Assembly (NCBI GenBank): GCA_965223855.1
Contig: CBDCXM010000008.1
Coordinates: 224,001-288,000, forward strand
DNA: 64,000 nt
Direction: 5' to 3'
Origin: Candidatus Multivoradales bacterium
GTDB taxonomy: Bacteria; Acidobacteriota; Thermoanaerobaculia; Multivoradales; JAHEKO01
The notes beneath the pieces were generated by a model. That model saw only the letters and a program-made list of their open reading frames with translations, was not told the origin of the DNA and searched no databases. Of this stretch, positions 1 to 11,583 are shown one piece after another (positions within the stretch are counted from its first letter, which is position 1; every line of letters starts with the position of its first letter). The position numbers and the translations under genes were made by a program.

Positions 1-826
1 CTTCCACTTCCCAGAGCCCCGCTGTGCGGAGAAAGACCAGGGCCTTACCCCTGCTGGGATCGTTGCCGACGTGGGCCGAGTACGCTCCGACTAGAGTTCT
101 CTCTCCGCTGAGATCTACGGCCCAGCCGAAGAGGTCAGAGCACTCTCCCTTAGGGTCAAGCAGCTTCTCCTCTTCTGCCCAACTCGCACCATCAAAGACG
201 AAGACGTAAGCCGCCCCCGTCTCGCAACCCTCAGCTTCGAGCCCACTCTCCTCGAAAGGCGCTCCCGCGACAACTCTCGGCGCGTCGAATGCAACGTGCT
301 GCCCAAACCGATCCTGGGCATCACCGTCTGAAGCCAGAAGTACCGCCGACTCAGACCAAGCAGTACCCGTCCTCTCAAAGACGTATACGGCTCCCTCGAA
401 CGCCAGGCCCTGAGGCGCAGCGAAAGGAGCGCCGACGACGGCGATGTCGCCCTGAAGCGCCACAGAGAATCCAAAGCCATCGCCCTCGCTCGCGTCGGAG
501 GCGACCAGTTGCGCCTCCTGCGCCCAACCGTCCTCTCCTCGGACAAAGACGTACACGGCCCCCTGCTCATCGAGACCCTGCGGTGCGGCGCGGTCGGCGC
601 CTACCAGAAGTGTGTCACCGTCGATTGCCAGAGCGTGTCCGAAGCCCCAAAACTGCTGTTGATCGGCACCGAAGATGCGCGCCTCCAGCTCCAGCTTGGA
701 GGGCGCCTGAGCGCCAACTGACGAAGCAACGAAGAAGAAGATAGCTAGGAGCCGAGTAGCCGCTGCCGGTAGCCACTCGCTCGAGCGGCCACTTAAGAAG
801 CCCCGGCAACACTCTCTAGGGGACAC
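1..826 (-). CDS. Secreted FG-GAP repeat (integrin-alpha-like beta-propeller) protein, 3' end runs off the window
   Basis: Not in the ORF track. Manual minus-strand translation gives signal-like RLLAIFFFVASSVGAQ, then repeats FGHALAIDGDTLLVGA..GAVYVF, FGFSVALQGDIAVVGAP, GAAYVF..FGWAVDLSGERTLVGA. GTG start at 826 is tentative. Confidence 0.85.
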   Translation of the reverse strand, partial: MSPRECCRGFLSGRSSEWLPAAATRLLAIFFFVASSVGAQAPSKLELEARIFGADQQQFWGFGHALAIDGDTLLVGADRAAPQGLDEQGAVYVFVRGEDGWAQEAQLVASDASEGDGFGFSVALQGDIAVVGAPFAAPQGLAFEGAVYVFERTGTAWSESAVLLASDGDAQDRFGQHVAFDAPRVVAGAPFEESGLEAEGCETGAAYVFVFDGASWAEEEKLLDPKGECSDLFGWAVDLSGERTLVGAYSAHVGNDPSRGKALVFLRTAGLWEVE

Positions 827-2942
827 AGGGAAGCGCACCGCTGTGATGCAGGCGTACCTCGAACCTGTCGAGATCCAGCTCGACCTCTCTGTCGTGGTTC
901 GGGTGATTCCTGAAGACCAGCTGCCAAGGGCCTCCTACTGACGAACGTCCATTGAGGTCGGCGAGTGCTTCGGCCGCCGGACTCGTGTCGTCGTCGTAGA
1001 TCGTCTTCCACGGATCCTCAAAGTCCTTCAGCAGCACTTCTGCTCCCCCAGTTCCAGGCGAGACGATACTGATCGAGAACGGAGGCCCATTGCCCCCGGT
1101 CTTGACCGGGAAACTCAGGTCGATCGCCACGTCCACATCGTCGATGATCGAGCTCCCGCCCGTCGGCACGACGGTCAGGGGCTGAGAGTGCTCACCTCCG
1201 AAGGGAGCCAGAACAACTGCCTCCGGGAGAGTGAGGTCCGGCGTGATCTCACGGCAATGGTCGAAGATCACGTTGCGTACCTGCTCGCATTCGGGCTCCG
1301 AGCAAGCGTCGGTAGCAAACGTCACGGTTCCGGTTCTAACGCCCGGCGCGAGGCCGCTACCGTTGAGTGTGACCGGCACGCTTACCAGTGGCGCCTCCTG
1401 GTACTTGCCGGGCAAAGTCTCCTGCAGTACGGCCGGTAGCGAAGGCGAACCCAACTCCATCCAAGAAGCGCTGGGGCTCGGCGTAATGGTCACGTCCTGA
1501 ACCCCGATCCAGCGGTTGACGAAGGTATAGGTCTGCACCGAGCCGTGTGGAGCTCCGGGACCCTCGCCGACGAAATCGAGCGGAGGCGACAGAGTAAAGC
1601 CGTTGATGCCAACGTGAGCGCGGTGGGTCACCGGATCGCTGGTGCCGTAGGTCAGGTCCCAGACACGAATCTCCTCCTCGTACAGACCCGGGGTTGCTAC
1701 CAGCGCGTCGCTCGGCAGGAAGGACAGGCTCTCCGACAGCCCGTCTCCCAGGGTGCCGGAGGTCGGGCCGTTGACGACCTCGAACGGGTGGGGCGGGCTC
1801 CCGTCGCGGTCCAGGGTCCAGTCGATTCCAGGCAGCGTCGCAGGGACGTTGCTCGCAGAGAGAGTCAACGACCAGGCCTCGTAGTCGATGGAGGCGCCGG
1901 GCGGGCCGTAGTAGTCGACGAGAGAGCCGCTCGGCAACCCCGCTTGAAGGCCGATGATCGGAAGCTCGTTGAGCCAGGCGCTAGAGAGGGTTCAGGAAGT
2001 CGTATCGCCGTCGCATTCAAAGCAGAGCTCGGCACAACCGTCAAGCGGTGGCCCCCCGAGGATCGTGATCCAGGGATAACCGTCATGCACGTTGGTCGCA
2101 TTGCTGAAGACCTTGCCCGTTCTGAGGTTGACCATCGGACTGCCCGAGCTGCCACCGAGGACATGGAGGTTCGTGCGAAGCCCGGCAGTCGTGACGGTCG
2201 AGATCTCCGCTTTCATCGGAATGCGAGCCGGGTGCCCAAGAATGAGTACCGGATCTCCAAGCTCGGTCTGGGGATGGCGCTCGACCACCATCGGAAGGCG
2301 ATCTTCAACGTCTGCAACGAGCTCGATCAAAGCCCAGTCAGCACCCAATGTCAGCTCGCTCTGCTGGATATCCTCGTTCAAGCTCGATGACGTGTCGACC
2401 AGTACCCGCGAGCATCGAACGGCATTGTCGGAAGGGATGAACACTGTCCCGGGACCGGAAATCGGGGCCTGATCGGCATAGTCGAAAATCACCCAGCGGT
2501 TCGGACAGTCGTAAGGTGCCGGATTGCTTGGTCCCTGCGGATCATTGATGCAGTGGCCGGCGGTCACGACCAGGTTGGGTGCGACGAGGAATCCGGAGCA
2601 GCCCTTCACACCTCCGGGAGGACGCGCAATCGTCGGCTGGCCATAGAAGTCCTCCATCGGGTCACAGATCAGCTTGCTATCGAGCCCTCCGTGCAGCCTT
2701 GTCCATGGGTCCACGGCCATGAGATAGCCGCCCGATACTGGAGTAAGGTCAGCGTTGGTCGCCAGAAGAACTTCGGCACCCGCCAAGCGCTCTCCAGTGG
2801 TGGGAGCTGCCGTCTGTCCGGCCAGCGAGAGATCAGCCAGCTCTATCCATGGGAGCTGCTGAGCGTTGGCCACCGTCGCCATTAACCCGACCAGGACAGC
2901 CCCCCCCTGCCGCACCCATCGACTGCTTGTTCTTGAGATCAC
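816..2942 (-). CDS. Secreted trypsin-like serine protease with C-terminal P-domain-like region, interrupted by one in-frame TGA at 1992-1994
   Basis: Signal peptide, CSGFLVAPNLVVTAGHC, DWAL and GGSSGSP motifs. ORFs 1992..2942 and 816..1937 share a frame and the gap reads TLSSAWLNELPIIGLQAG without stops. The C-terminus resembles a proprotein-convertase P domain. Confidence 0.7.
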
Positions 2943-3042
2943 GTTTCCTCCGATCTCGGGCCTCCCTCAGTCTAGCGGCAACCTGGATCGATCGTCGATG
3001 TCGAGGATCGCCGCGCGAGCCATCCCGATCTCTGGCAAGAAC

Positions 3043-3066
3043 AAAAGGGCCGCCCGAAGGCGGCCC
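3043..3066 (-). terminator. Intrinsic terminator after rplQ
   Basis: GGGCCGCC-TTCG-GGCGGCCC followed by TTTT on the minus strand. Confidence 0.85.
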
Positions 3067-3092
3067 CTCCTCAACTGCGCTGTGTGCAGTCG

Positions 3093-3455
3093 TCAGTCGC
3101 CCTGATCGACGAACTCGAGGATCGCCATCTCTGCGGCGTCGCCCTTGCGGGGACCGAGCTTGACGATGCGCGTGTAGCCGCCCGGGCGGGTGGCGAAGCG
3201 CGGCGAGATCTCGTCGAAGAGCTTCTTGACGTCGGTGCGGTCGGGCAGCCAGCGGCGCACCTGCCGGCGCGCGTGGACGGTGTCCTCGCGCCCCTTGGTG
3301 ACGACACGCTCGGCGACCGGCCGCAGCGCCTTGGCCTTGGCGAGCGTCGTGCGGATGCGGCCGTGCCGCACCAGCGAGGTGAGCTGGTTGCGGAACATCG
3401 CGATCCGGTGGGACGACGTCCGCCCGAGCTTTCTTCCGTGAACGTTGTGACGCAT
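3093..3455 (-). CDS. rplQ: 50S ribosomal protein L17
   Basis: MRH..GRKLGRTSSHR; RPGGYTRIVKLG. Confidence 0.98.
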   Translation of the reverse strand: MRHNVHGRKLGRTSSHRIAMFRNQLTSLVRHGRIRTTLAKAKALRPVAERVVTKGREDTVHARRQVRRWLPDRTDVKKLFDEISPRFATRPGGYTRIVKLGPRKGDAAEMAILEFVDQGD

Positions 3456-3497
3456 GTCGGTTCTCCTTGGCCTGAGCGCGTGGCCGGTCAGGCCGGC

Positions 3498-4472
3498 TTA
3501 GGCGGAGGCTCCGCTCTCCGGCACGTCCATGCCGAGCCGCAGGCCGAACTCCTCGAGGATCCCCTGGACCTCGTCCAGCGAGCGCTGGCCGAAGTTCTTG
3601 GTCTCGAGCATCTCCTTCTCGGTCCGCCGCACGAGGTCGCGCAGGGTGTGAATGCGGGCGTTCTTGAGGCAGTTGGCGGAGCGAGCCGAGAGCGCGAGCT
3701 CGTCGATGCTCTTCGCCAGCAGTCCGTCGAGGCCGGTCGGCTCCTCGGGAGCCTCTTCCGGCTCCTCGGCGGCCGCCTCCTCGGACTCCATGAAGATCGT
3801 CAGGTGATCCTTCAGGAGCGACGAGGCGTGCGACAGCGCCTGCTCGGGCGCCAGCGTGCCGTTGGTCCAGATCTCGATCACCAGCCGCTCGTAGTCGGTG
3901 GCGCGACCGACGCGGGCCGCCTCGACTGTGTAGTTGACACGGCGTACCGGCGAGTGCGAGGAGTCGAGCGGAATCCAGCCGATTCCCATGCTCTCGTCGA
4001 AGTTCTGCTCGGCGCTGACATAGCCGCGGCCGTTCCTCACCTGAGCCTGGAGCTTGAGGTGACCCTCCTCGTTGACGGTCGCCACCGGAGCGTCGGGATC
4101 GCAGACCTCGACCTCCGAGTCGCCCAGGAGCTGCCCGGCCGTAGCCTCACCGGGGCCCTCGAGGTCGATCGTGATCACCCGCGGCTCCTCGGAGTGCAGG
4201 CGAATCGGGATCTGCTTGAGATTGAGCGTGAGCTCGGTCATGTCCTGGACGACGCCGGGAATCGACGAGAACTCGTGCAGGACGCCTTCGAGCTGAACGG
4301 CGGTGATCGCCGCTCCCTCGATCGAGGACAGCAGGCAGCGGCGCAGGGCGTTGCCGACGGTGGTCGCGAAGCCCTGCTCGAACGGCTGAGCGACGAAGCG
4401 ACCGTAGGTCTCGGTCAGCGTGTCGTGGTCGACCTCGACTCGCTGGGGACGCTGAAAACCCTTCCAAAGCAT
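3498..4472 (-). CDS. rpoA: RNA polymerase alpha subunit
   Basis: GFATTVGNALRR, LHEFSSIPGV, LSARSANCL. Confidence 0.98.
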   Translation of the reverse strand: MLWKGFQRPQRVEVDHDTLTETYGRFVAQPFEQGFATTVGNALRRCLLSSIEGAAITAVQLEGVLHEFSSIPGVVQDMTELTLNLKQIPIRLHSEEPRVITIDLEGPGEATAGQLLGDSEVEVCDPDAPVATVNEEGHLKLQAQVRNGRGYVSAEQNFDESMGIGWIPLDSSHSPVRRVNYTVEAARVGRATDYERLVIEIWTNGTLAPEQALSHASSLLKDHLTIFMESEEAAAEEPEEAPEEPTGLDGLLAKSIDELALSARSANCLKNARIHTLRDLVRRTEKEMLETKNFGQRSLDEVQGILEEFGLRLGMDVPESGASA

Positions 4473-4531
4473 CGGGGAACTCCTTGTGGTGTGACGCCGG
4501 GCGCGGCAGCGCCCGAGGGGAATGCGAATTC

Positions 4532-5161
4532 TTAACGGCTGTAGAGCTCGACGATGAGCTGCTCTTCGATCGGCAGCTTCACGTCGTCACGGGTCGGCAG
4601 GTTGTTGACCTTGCCGGCAAAGTTCTCGACATCGAGGTCGAGCCAGACCGGGATGCCCCGGCCACGCGCCGATTCGATGCTGGCGCGAATGAAGTCGTTC
4701 TTGCGGCTCTTCTCGCGGACCGAGATCTCCTGCCCGACCCGCAGCTGATACGACGGAATCGTCGTCTTGCTTCCGTCGACCAGGATATGTCCGTGCCGCA
4801 CGAGCTGCCGCGCCTGAGCGCGCGAGGAAGCGAAGCCGAGGTTGTAGACCACGCTGTCGAGCCTCCGCTCGAGGGTCACGAGCAGCGATTCACCGGTGAC
4901 GCCCTTCGAGCGCGCCGCCTGCTTGAAGTAGGTACGGAACTGCTTCTCGAGCACTCCGTACATGCGCTTGACCTTCTGCTTCTCGCGAAGCTGCGGGCCA
5001 TAGCCCTGCGGCCGGCGGCCGCGGCGCTGGCCGTGCTGGCCGGGCGGGTAAGCCCGACGCTCGATCGCGCACTTCTCCTTGAAACAGCGGTCGCCCTTGA
5101 GGAAGAGCTTCATCCGCTCGCGGCGGCAGAGCCGGCAGACGGGTCCTGTGTAACGTGCCAT
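4532..5161 (-). CDS. rpsD: 30S ribosomal protein S4 (Zn-binding C+ type)
   Basis: [31 protein letters not shown]. Confidence 0.98.
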   Translation of the reverse strand: MARYTGPVCRLCRRERMKLFLKGDRCFKEKCAIERRAYPPGQHGQRRGRRPQGYGPQLREKQKVKRMYGVLEKQFRTYFKQAARSKGVTGESLLVTLERRLDSVVYNLGFASSRAQARQLVRHGHILVDGSKTTIPSYQLRVGQEISVREKSRKNDFIRASIESARGRGIPVWLDLDVENFAGKVNNLPTRDDVKLPIEEQLIVELYSR

Positions 5162-5180
5162 CTTCGCTTCTCCTGTCCGC

Positions 5181-5582
5181 TCAGACTCTCCGGCGCTTCG
5201 GCGGCCGGCATCCGTTGTGAGGAATCGGGGTGACGTCGCGGATCGACTTCACGTAGAGGCCGCTTGCCGACAGGGCACGGACCGCGGACTCGCGACCGCC
5301 ACCGGCGCCCTTGAGCTCCACGTCGAGCGAGCGCATCCCCAGATCGCGCGCCGTCTGGGCGGCGTTCTGAGCGGCAACCTGGGCTGCGAAGGGCGTGCCC
5401 TTCCGCGAACCCTTGAAGCCGATCTTGCCGGCCGACGACCAGGCGACGACGTTGCCTTCCGGGTCGGAAATGGTGATGAGGGTGTTGTTGAACGTCGCCT
5501 TGATGTGCGCCATCCCGTGGGGGACGAGGCGCTTCTCCTTGCGGCGACGATCCTTCTTGCCAGTTTTCTTGTCTTTCGCCAT
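5181..5582 (-). CDS. rpsK: 30S ribosomal protein S11
   Basis: [24 protein letters not shown]. Confidence 0.98.
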   Translation of the reverse strand: MAKDKKTGKKDRRRKEKRLVPHGMAHIKATFNNTLITISDPEGNVVAWSSAGKIGFKGSRKGTPFAAQVAAQNAAQTARDLGMRSLDVELKGAGGGRESAVRALSASGLYVKSIRDVTPIPHNGCRPPKRRRV

Positions 5583-5591
5583 TTCGACCTC

Positions 5592-5972
5592 TTACTTCTT
5601 GACCTTCTTCTTGCCTGCGACCGCGAGCTTGCGCGGACCCTTGCGGCCTCGAGCGTTGGTCGAGGTGCGCTGCCCCCGCACCGGCAGCCCGCGGCGGTGA
5701 CGGACACCCCGGTAGCTCCCGATCTCCATCAGCCGCTTGATGTTCTCGGCGACGATCTTGCGCAGATCGCCCTCGACGGCTCCGCCTTCCTGAATGACCT
5801 CGCGAATGCGACGAGCCTCGTCCTCGGTGAGGTCCTTGACCTTCGTCGCCTCCTCGACCTGGGCGCGCGAGAGGATCGACTTCGACCGCGTGCGGCCGAT
5901 GCCGTGGATGTAGGTCAGTCCGACCCAGATCTGCTTGGACGGCGGGAGATCCACGCCTGCGATTCGTGCCAT
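5592..5972 (-). CDS. rpsM: 30S ribosomal protein S13
   Basis: [23 protein letters not shown]. Confidence 0.98.
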   Translation of the reverse strand: MARIAGVDLPPSKQIWVGLTYIHGIGRTRSKSILSRAQVEEATKVKDLTEDEARRIREVIQEGGAVEGDLRKIVAENIKRLMEIGSYRGVRHRRGLPVRGQRTSTNARGRKGPRKLAVAGKKKVKK

Positions 5973-5978
5973 CTTTGA

Positions 5979-6092
5979 CTACCCCTGACGCTGCTTGTGC
6001 TTCGGGTTCTCGCAGATCACCCGCACCACACCGTGGCGGCGAACGACCTTGCACTTCGGACACATCTTCTTCACTGAGGCTCGCACTTTCAT
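5979..6092 (-). CDS. rpmJ: 50S ribosomal protein L36 (C+ type)
   Basis: Manual translation [37 protein letters not shown]; too short for the ORF track. Confidence 0.97.
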   Translation of the reverse strand: MKVRASVKKMCPKCKVVRRHGVVRVICENPKHKQRQG

Positions 6093-6105
6093 CAGTCCGA
6101 CTCCC

Positions 6106-6327
6106 CTAGCTCTTGAGCCTGTAGACGATTCGGCCGCGGTCGAGATCGTAGGGCGACAGCTCCACCCGGACCTTGTCGCCCGGGAGAATCCGGATGAAGA
6201 ACTTGCGCATCTTCCCGGAGACGTGAGCGAGCACCTTGTGCCCGTTCTCCAGCTCCACCGTGAACTGCGCGTTCGGCAGTTGTTCCGTGACTGTCGCTTC
6301 GACTTCGATTGCGTCTTCTTTGGGCAA
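6106..6327 (-). CDS. infA: Translation initiation factor IF-1
   Basis: TTG start; [38 protein letters not shown]. Confidence 0.96.
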   Translation of the reverse strand: MPKEDAIEVEATVTEQLPNAQFTVELENGHKVLAHVSGKMRKFFIRILPGDKVRVELSPYDLDRGRIVYRLKS

Positions 6328-6362
6328 AACCTTGAAACCTCTTTCGATACGTTCGGCAGCCG

Positions 6363-7124
6363 TCAGGCCGCCAGTGCAAATCCGGGTCGTCCGAGGACCC
6401 GCGGGCCGCTCTCGGTCACCGCGACCGACACCTCGAAATGGGCGGCGAGCGACCCGTCGGCCGATCGGGCGGTCCAGCCGTCCGCATCGACCTTCATTCC
6501 CGGCGCCCCGGCATTGACCATCGGCTCGATGGCCAACACGAGCCCGGGCTTGAGGCGCGGACCGCGGCCCGGCCTCCCGTAGTTCGGCACCTGCGGCTCC
6601 TCGTGCAACGACGAACCGATCCCGTGCCCCGCGAATTCTCTCACAATCGAGAACCCTTGTGCCTCCACCGCCTGCTGCACCGCATGGCCGATGTCGGAAA
6701 GCCGCCCGCCGGGCCGTACCTGCTCCACCGCCCGGTGGAGCGACTCGCGGGTCACGTCGAGCAGCCGCGCCGCCTCGGGAGAGATCGAACCGACGGCGAA
6801 GGTGCGCGCCGCATCCCCATAGTACCCCTTGTAGATGACGCCGCAATCGACGCCGACGATGTCTCCCTCGTCGAGCGGCGCGTCGTTGGGGATGCCGTGC
6901 ACGATCACGTCGTTGACCGACGTGCAAAGGGTCGCCGGGAAGCCACGGTAGTTGAGGAACGCCGGCACGCCGCCGGCCTCACGAATGAGCTGCTCGGCCA
7001 TCGTGTCGAGCTCGCGCGTCGAGACGCCCGGCGCGACCCGCTCGGCCACCGCGTCGAGGACGCGATGGACGATCGTGTTCGCCTCGTCCATGAGGTCGAT
7101 CTCGCCGGTGTGCTTGAGGACCAT
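6363..7124 (-). CDS. map: Methionine aminopeptidase type I
   Basis: [32 protein letters not shown]; start overlaps the adk stop. Confidence 0.96.
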   Translation of the reverse strand: MVLKHTGEIDLMDEANTIVHRVLDAVAERVAPGVSTRELDTMAEQLIREAGGVPAFLNYRGFPATLCTSVNDVIVHGIPNDAPLDEGDIVGVDCGVIYKGYYGDAARTFAVGSISPEAARLLDVTRESLHRAVEQVRPGGRLSDIGHAVQQAVEAQGFSIVREFAGHGIGSSLHEEPQVPNYGRPGRGPRLKPGLVLAIEPMVNAGAPGMKVDADGWTARSADGSLAAHFEVSVAVTESGPRVLGRPGFALAA

Positions 7125-7696
7125 CAGGCTGCCACTCCCAGCGTCTCGAGGATCGACGCCGTCACCGCCTCGATCGCCTGATCGCCGTCGATCGGCTGGA
7201 GCAAGCCAAGCTCGCGGTAGTGATCGACGAGCGGCGCGGTGTTCTCTTCGTAGACCTCGAAACGCCGCCGGATCACCTCCTCGGTGTCGTCGGCGCGTTG
7301 CCGTGCGAGAGCGCGTCGCACCAGTTCGTCTTCCGGCACGATGATCTGCAGCACGCAGTCGAGCTCGCTCTCGGAACGGTCCAGGATGGCCGCCAGCGTG
7401 TCCGCCTGCGGCAGAGTGCGCGGATAGCCGTCGAGCAGGTAGCCGGAAGCGGCATCCTCCTGCGCCAGACGGTCGGTCACGACTTCCGCCATGGTGTCGT
7501 CGTCGACCAGCTCCCCCGAATCGAGGATGCTGCCGACGCGCTGCCCCAGCTCGGTGCCGGCCGCAACGGCCGCACGCAGCATGTCCCCGGTCGAGATCGC
7601 CGGGATGCCGAGAGCCTCGGAGATGCGGGCGGCCTGTGTGCCTTTCCCGCATCCCGGCGCTCCCAGGAGCACGATGCGCTCACCCGCGACGGCCAC
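7124..7696 (-). CDS. adk: Adenylate kinase (short-LID type)
   Basis: GAPGCGKGTQA, STGDMLR, LDGYPRT, RADD. Confidence 0.97.
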   Translation of the reverse strand: MAVAGERIVLLGAPGCGKGTQAARISEALGIPAISTGDMLRAAVAAGTELGQRVGSILDSGELVDDDTMAEVVTDRLAQEDAASGYLLDGYPRTLPQADTLAAILDRSESELDCVLQIIVPEDELVRRALARQRADDTEEVIRRRFEVYEENTAPLVDHYRELGLLQPIDGDQAIEAVTASILETLGVAA

Positions 7697-9065
7697 GAAT
7701 CCTTCCTCGCTTGAGGAGCCCGTCGTAGTTGCGCATCACGAGCTGGCTCTCGACCTGCTGGACGAAGTCCATCGCCACGCCGACGACGATCAGGAGCGAC
7801 GTACCGCCGAAGTAGAAGTTGATCCCCATGCCTTCGGTGAACCAGTTCGGCAACGCTCCCTCGAGCGACTCGCCGACGAACGGCAGGCCGCCGACCTTGA
7901 AACCGCTGAGCAGGAACTCGGGCAGCACCGTGACGGCGGCGAGGTACAGCGAACCGACGAGCGTCAGCCTGGTGAGGATGCGATCGATGTAGTCGGACGT
8001 TCGGCGACCTGAGCGGATGCCGGGGATGAACCCGCCGTACTTGCGCAGGTTCTCGGCGGTGTCGGCCGGGTTGAAGATGATCGAGACGTAGAAGTACGAG
8101 AAGAAGATGATCGCCGCGATCGAAAGCAGGTAGTGCACCGGCTGGCCGTAGCCGAGATAGAAGGAGAGGCGCTGGAGCCACTCCTGGCCCTGGAAGAGGC
8201 CCGCAATCGTCGTCGGCAGGATGACGACCGAACTGGCGAAGATCACCGGGATGACGCCGCCGGTGTTGACCCGCAGCGGCAGGTAGGTGTTCTGCCCGCC
8301 GTAGATCTTGCGACCGACCACCCGCTTGGCGTACTGCACGGGGATGCGACGCTGGCCGCGCTCCATGTAGACGATGAAGCCGGTCACCAGGATCATCACG
8401 ACCACCAGGATCAGCACCCGGAGGATGCCGAGACTGCCGTTCTGAATGCTCTGGATCGTGCTGAAGATTGCACCCGGCAGGCCGACGACGATGCCGGCGA
8501 AGATGATGAGCGAGATGCCGTTGCCGACGCCGCGCTCGCTGATCTGCTCACCGAGCCACATGACGAACGCACAGCCGGTCGTCAGCGTCAGGATCGTCAT
8601 CAGCCGGAAGCCCCAACCGGGGTTCGGTACCAGGGTAGCGCCGCCGGGCGTCGTCACCCGCTCGAGCCAGATGGCGATCGATGTCGACTGGATGATCGAG
8701 ATCAGCATCGTCCCGTAGCGGGTGTACTGAGTGATCTTGCGCCGGCCGAGCTCACCCTCCTTCGACAGCTTCTCGAGGTAGGGCCAGACCACGGTCAGGA
8801 GCTGCAGGATGATCGACGAGGTGATGTACGGCATGATGCCGAGAGCGAAGATCGCCACCCGCTCGAGGCTTCCGCCGGTGAAGGTGTTGACGAACCCGAG
8901 GATCGTCCCCTTCTGGGACTCCATGAACTCGAGCAACCCAGCGGGATCGATACCCGGCGTGGGGATGATGCAGCCCACCCGGTACACCGCGAGCAGTGCG
9001 AAGGTAAAGAGCACCCGCTTGCGCAGGTCCGGGATGGCGAAGATATTGCGGAAACTATCGATCAC
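7680..9065 (-). CDS. secY: Preprotein translocase SecY
   Basis: [45 protein letters not shown]. Confidence 0.98.
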   Translation of the reverse strand: MIDSFRNIFAIPDLRKRVLFTFALLAVYRVGCIIPTPGIDPAGLLEFMESQKGTILGFVNTFTGGSLERVAIFALGIMPYITSSIILQLLTVVWPYLEKLSKEGELGRRKITQYTRYGTMLISIIQSTSIAIWLERVTTPGGATLVPNPGWGFRLMTILTLTTGCAFVMWLGEQISERGVGNGISLIIFAGIVVGLPGAIFSTIQSIQNGSLGILRVLILVVVMILVTGFIVYMERGQRRIPVQYAKRVVGRKIYGGQNTYLPLRVNTGGVIPVIFASSVVILPTTIAGLFQGQEWLQRLSFYLGYGQPVHYLLSIAAIIFFSYFYVSIIFNPADTAENLRKYGGFIPGIRSGRRTSDYIDRILTRLTLVGSLYLAAVTVLPEFLLSGFKVGGLPFVGESLEGALPNWFTEGMGINFYFGGTSLLIVVGVAMDFVQQVESQLVMRNYDGLLKRGRIRGRRG

Positions 9066-9499
9066 CGATCCAGAACCTCGCAGCTTCCGCCGGCGGCTTC
9101 GATCTTCTCGCGCGCCGTCTTGCTGAACTTGTGAGCCGAGACTTTGAGGGCTCCGGAGACCTCGCCGTTGCCGAGGATCTTCACAGGTCGGCCCTTGCGG
9201 ACCATCCCCTTCTCCGCCAGCGCATCGGGGGTGACGTCACCCTCGAACCCGTCCAGTCGCGACAGGTTCACCACCGCGTACTCGACCCGGAAGATGTTCG
9301 TGAAGCCACGCTTCGGCACCCGTCGGACGAGCGGCATCTGACCGCCCTCGAAGCCGAACCGCTGCGAGAACCCGGAGCGCGAGCGCTGGCCCTTGTGACC
9401 GCGCCCGGCCGTCTTGCCGTTGCCCGAGCCGGGGCCGCGCCCGATTCGCTTGCGATCACGCTTCGAGCCCGGTGCCGGGGAAAGGTCGTGCAGCTTCAT
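9062..9499 (-). CDS. rplO: 50S ribosomal protein L15
   Basis: [27 protein letters not shown]. Confidence 0.98.
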   Translation of the reverse strand: MKLHDLSPAPGSKRDRKRIGRGPGSGNGKTAGRGHKGQRSRSGFSQRFGFEGGQMPLVRRVPKRGFTNIFRVEYAVVNLSRLDGFEGDVTPDALAEKGMVRKGRPVKILGNGEVSGALKVSAHKFSKTAREKIEAAGGSCEVLDR

Positions 9500-9693
9500 G
9501 CTCCGTCCTCCACGATCTCGACCAGGTGAGGGATCTTCGCGACCATCCCGCGCACCGCCGGCGAATCCTCCCGCTCGACGGTGTGACGGATGCGGCGCAG
9601 TCCCAGGCTCCTCAGCACCTCACGCTGCCCTCGCGGGCGGCCGATGGCGCTGCGGACCTGGCGGACCTTAATCATCTTGCTCTTCTTCGCCAC
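9496..9693 (-). CDS. rpmD: 50S ribosomal protein L30
   Basis: VRSAIGR..LGLRRI..AVRGMV; spc operon position. Confidence 0.95.
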   Translation of the reverse strand: MAKKSKMIKVRQVRSAIGRPRGQREVLRSLGLRRIRHTVEREDSPAVRGMVAKIPHLVEIVEDGA

Positions 9694-10222
9694 TGTTCAC
9701 ACTCTCTTCCGGCTCCGGAGCCTCTTCGACCGCGGCCAGACCGCGCTCCTTGCGCACCATCTTCTCGTTGCGCAGGCTCAGGAGCCCCTGCATCGTCGCC
9801 TTGACGACGTTCTGGGGATTCTTGGATCCGAGCGACTTGGTGAGGATGTCCCCGATGCCGGCACTCTCGATGACGGCACGCACGGCACCGCCGGCGATCA
9901 CGCCGGTACCTTCGGAAGCCGGCTTGAGCATCACCCGGCTGGCGCTGAACTCGCCGATCACCTCGTGGGGGATCGTGCTGCCCTTGCGCAGCACCCGAAC
10001 CATCCCCTTCTTGGCGCTCTCGACACCCTTGCGGATCGCCACCGGCACTTCCTTCGCCTTGCCGGAACCGTAGCCGACCTTGCCGTTGCCGTCGCCGATC
10101 ACCACGAGAGCGGTGAACGAGAAGTTCTTGCCGCCCTTGACCACCTTGGTCACGCGGTTGATGTCGATGACCTGCTCGAAGAATTCCGGTTCGCTGCGTC
10201 TGAAATCTCTACCCACGCTCAT
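9668..10222 (-). CDS. rpsE: 30S ribosomal protein S5
   Basis: [23 protein letters not shown]. Confidence 0.98.
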   Translation of the reverse strand: MSVGRDFRRSEPEFFEQVIDINRVTKVVKGGKNFSFTALVVIGDGNGKVGYGSGKAKEVPVAIRKGVESAKKGMVRVLRKGSTIPHEVIGEFSASRVMLKPASEGTGVIAGGAVRAVIESAGIGDILTKSLGSKNPQNVVKATMQGLLSLRNEKMVRKERGLAAVEEAPEPEESVNSGEEEQDD

Positions 10223-10228
10223 ACCCTC

Positions 10229-10600
10229 CTAGAACTCGAGACCCTTGTCCCGGGCTCCGTCGGCAACTTCCTTGACCTTGCCGTGATAGACGTACCCGCC
10301 GCGATCGAAGACCACCTGCTTGACCCCCTTGTCGAGGGCGCGCTCGGCGATCGACTCGCCCACCAGCCGGGCCGCCGACCGTGTCTTCGCGCTCCCCTCC
10401 GCCTTCTTCGCGATCGCACCCTCCCGGGAGCTCGCGGCAGCCACCGTGTGACCGGCGTCGTCGTTGATGAGTTGCGCGTAGACGAAACGCGCACTCTTGT
10501 AGACCGACAGGCGCGGCCGATCGGCGGTGCCGCGGACCGTGGCGCGGATCCTCTGATGCGCCCGTTCGCGGCGCTGTCTCTTCTTCTTGGCTCTGTCCAT
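10229..10600 (-). CDS. rplR: 50S ribosomal protein L18
   Basis: [23 protein letters not shown]. Confidence 0.98.
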   Translation of the reverse strand: MDRAKKKRQRRERAHQRIRATVRGTADRPRLSVYKSARFVYAQLINDDAGHTVAAASSREGAIAKKAEGSAKTRSAARLVGESIAERALDKGVKQVVFDRGGYVYHGKVKEVADGARDKGLEF

Positions 10601-10632
10601 CGTCTTCGTTCCTTGGCTGCGGAAGCGACCGC

Positions 10633-11178
10633 TCAGGCGGCGGCGCCCGCCTTGCCGACCTTGCGGCGAATGACCTCGTCCACGTACTTGATGCCCTTGC
10701 CCTTGTAGGGCTCCGGCTTGCGCAGGCTGCGGATCTCCGCCGCCACCTGACCGACCTTCTGACGATCCGGCCCGTGGACCCTGATCCGGTTGGCCTTCGG
10801 ATCGACGTCGGCGTCCACCCCTTCCGGCAACGCATAGACAACCGGGTGCGAGTAGCCGAGCGCCATGTGGATCTCACGCCCCTGAGCCTCGGCCTTGTAG
10901 CCGACGCCGTTGATCTCGAGCTCCTTGGACCAGCCGTTGGTGACTCCCTCGATGGCGTTCGCCACGAGGGCCCGCATCAGCCCGTGCCGGGCGCGATGGT
11001 CCCTGGTCTCGCCGGTGCGTTTGATCTCGATCGTCGAATCTTCGATCGACGCTTCGACCTCCGGCAGCAGGTTCTGCGACAGCTTGCCCTTCGGGCCCTC
11101 CGCCGTCAGAACGCCGTCGGCGATCTCTACCTTGACCCCCGAGGGGACGTTGATGGGTTCTTTTCCGATCCGTGACAT
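10633..11178 (-). CDS. rplF: 50S ribosomal protein L6
   Basis: MSRIGK, RKPEPYKGKGIKY. Confidence 0.98.
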   Translation of the reverse strand: MSRIGKEPINVPSGVKVEIADGVLTAEGPKGKLSQNLLPEVEASIEDSTIEIKRTGETRDHRARHGLMRALVANAIEGVTNGWSKELEINGVGYKAEAQGREIHMALGYSHPVVYALPEGVDADVDPKANRIRVHGPDRQKVGQVAAEIRSLRKPEPYKGKGIKYVDEVIRRKVGKAGAAA

Positions 11179-11187
11179 CTTCGACTC

Positions 11188-11583
11188 CTACCAGATCTCG
11201 CAGAGCACTTCGCCGCCGACCCGGCGCTCGCGCGCCTCGGCGTCGGTGAGAAGCCCCTGCGATGTCGAAACGATCCCGATTCCGAGCCCGTTGAGCACCG
11301 GCTTGATGTCGTCGCTGCGCTTGTAGACCCGTCGACCCGGCTTGCTGACCCGGCCCATGTGACGGATCACCGGCTCCCCATCGTGATACTTCAGGAAGAT
11401 CCGGATGAGGTCGCGCGGCTCGCTCTCGACCGCCTCGTGGCGCTCGATGTAGCCCTCGCGCTCGAGCACCTTGCAGAGCTCCGTCTTGAGCTTGGAGGTC
11501 GGCACGTCGAGCCGGTCGTGGCTGGCGATGTGGGCGTTGCGGATGCGCGCCAGCAGGTCGGAGATGGGATCAGTCATGCTCAT
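11188..11583 (-). CDS. rpsH: 30S ribosomal protein S8
   Basis: MTDPISDLLARIRNA, SKPGRRVY, GGEVLCEIW. Confidence 0.98.
   Translation of the reverse strand: MSMTDPISDLLARIRNAHIASHDRLDVPTSKLKTELCKVLEREGYIERHEAVESEPRDLIRIFLKYHDGEPVIRHMGRVSKPGRRVYKRSDDIKPVLNGLGIGIVSTSQGLLTDAEARERRVGGEVLCEIW

Noticed and set aside
1992-1994. Genome-wide TGA recoding
   Set aside because: TGA is a normal stop in many core genes here (rplQ, rpsK, rplN, fusA, rpoC)
6106-7652. Apparent long N-terminal extensions of infA and map (also rplN, rplV, rplC, rpsL)
   Set aside because: ORF-caller artefacts from upstream starts that overlap neighbouring genes; canonical starts lie downstream
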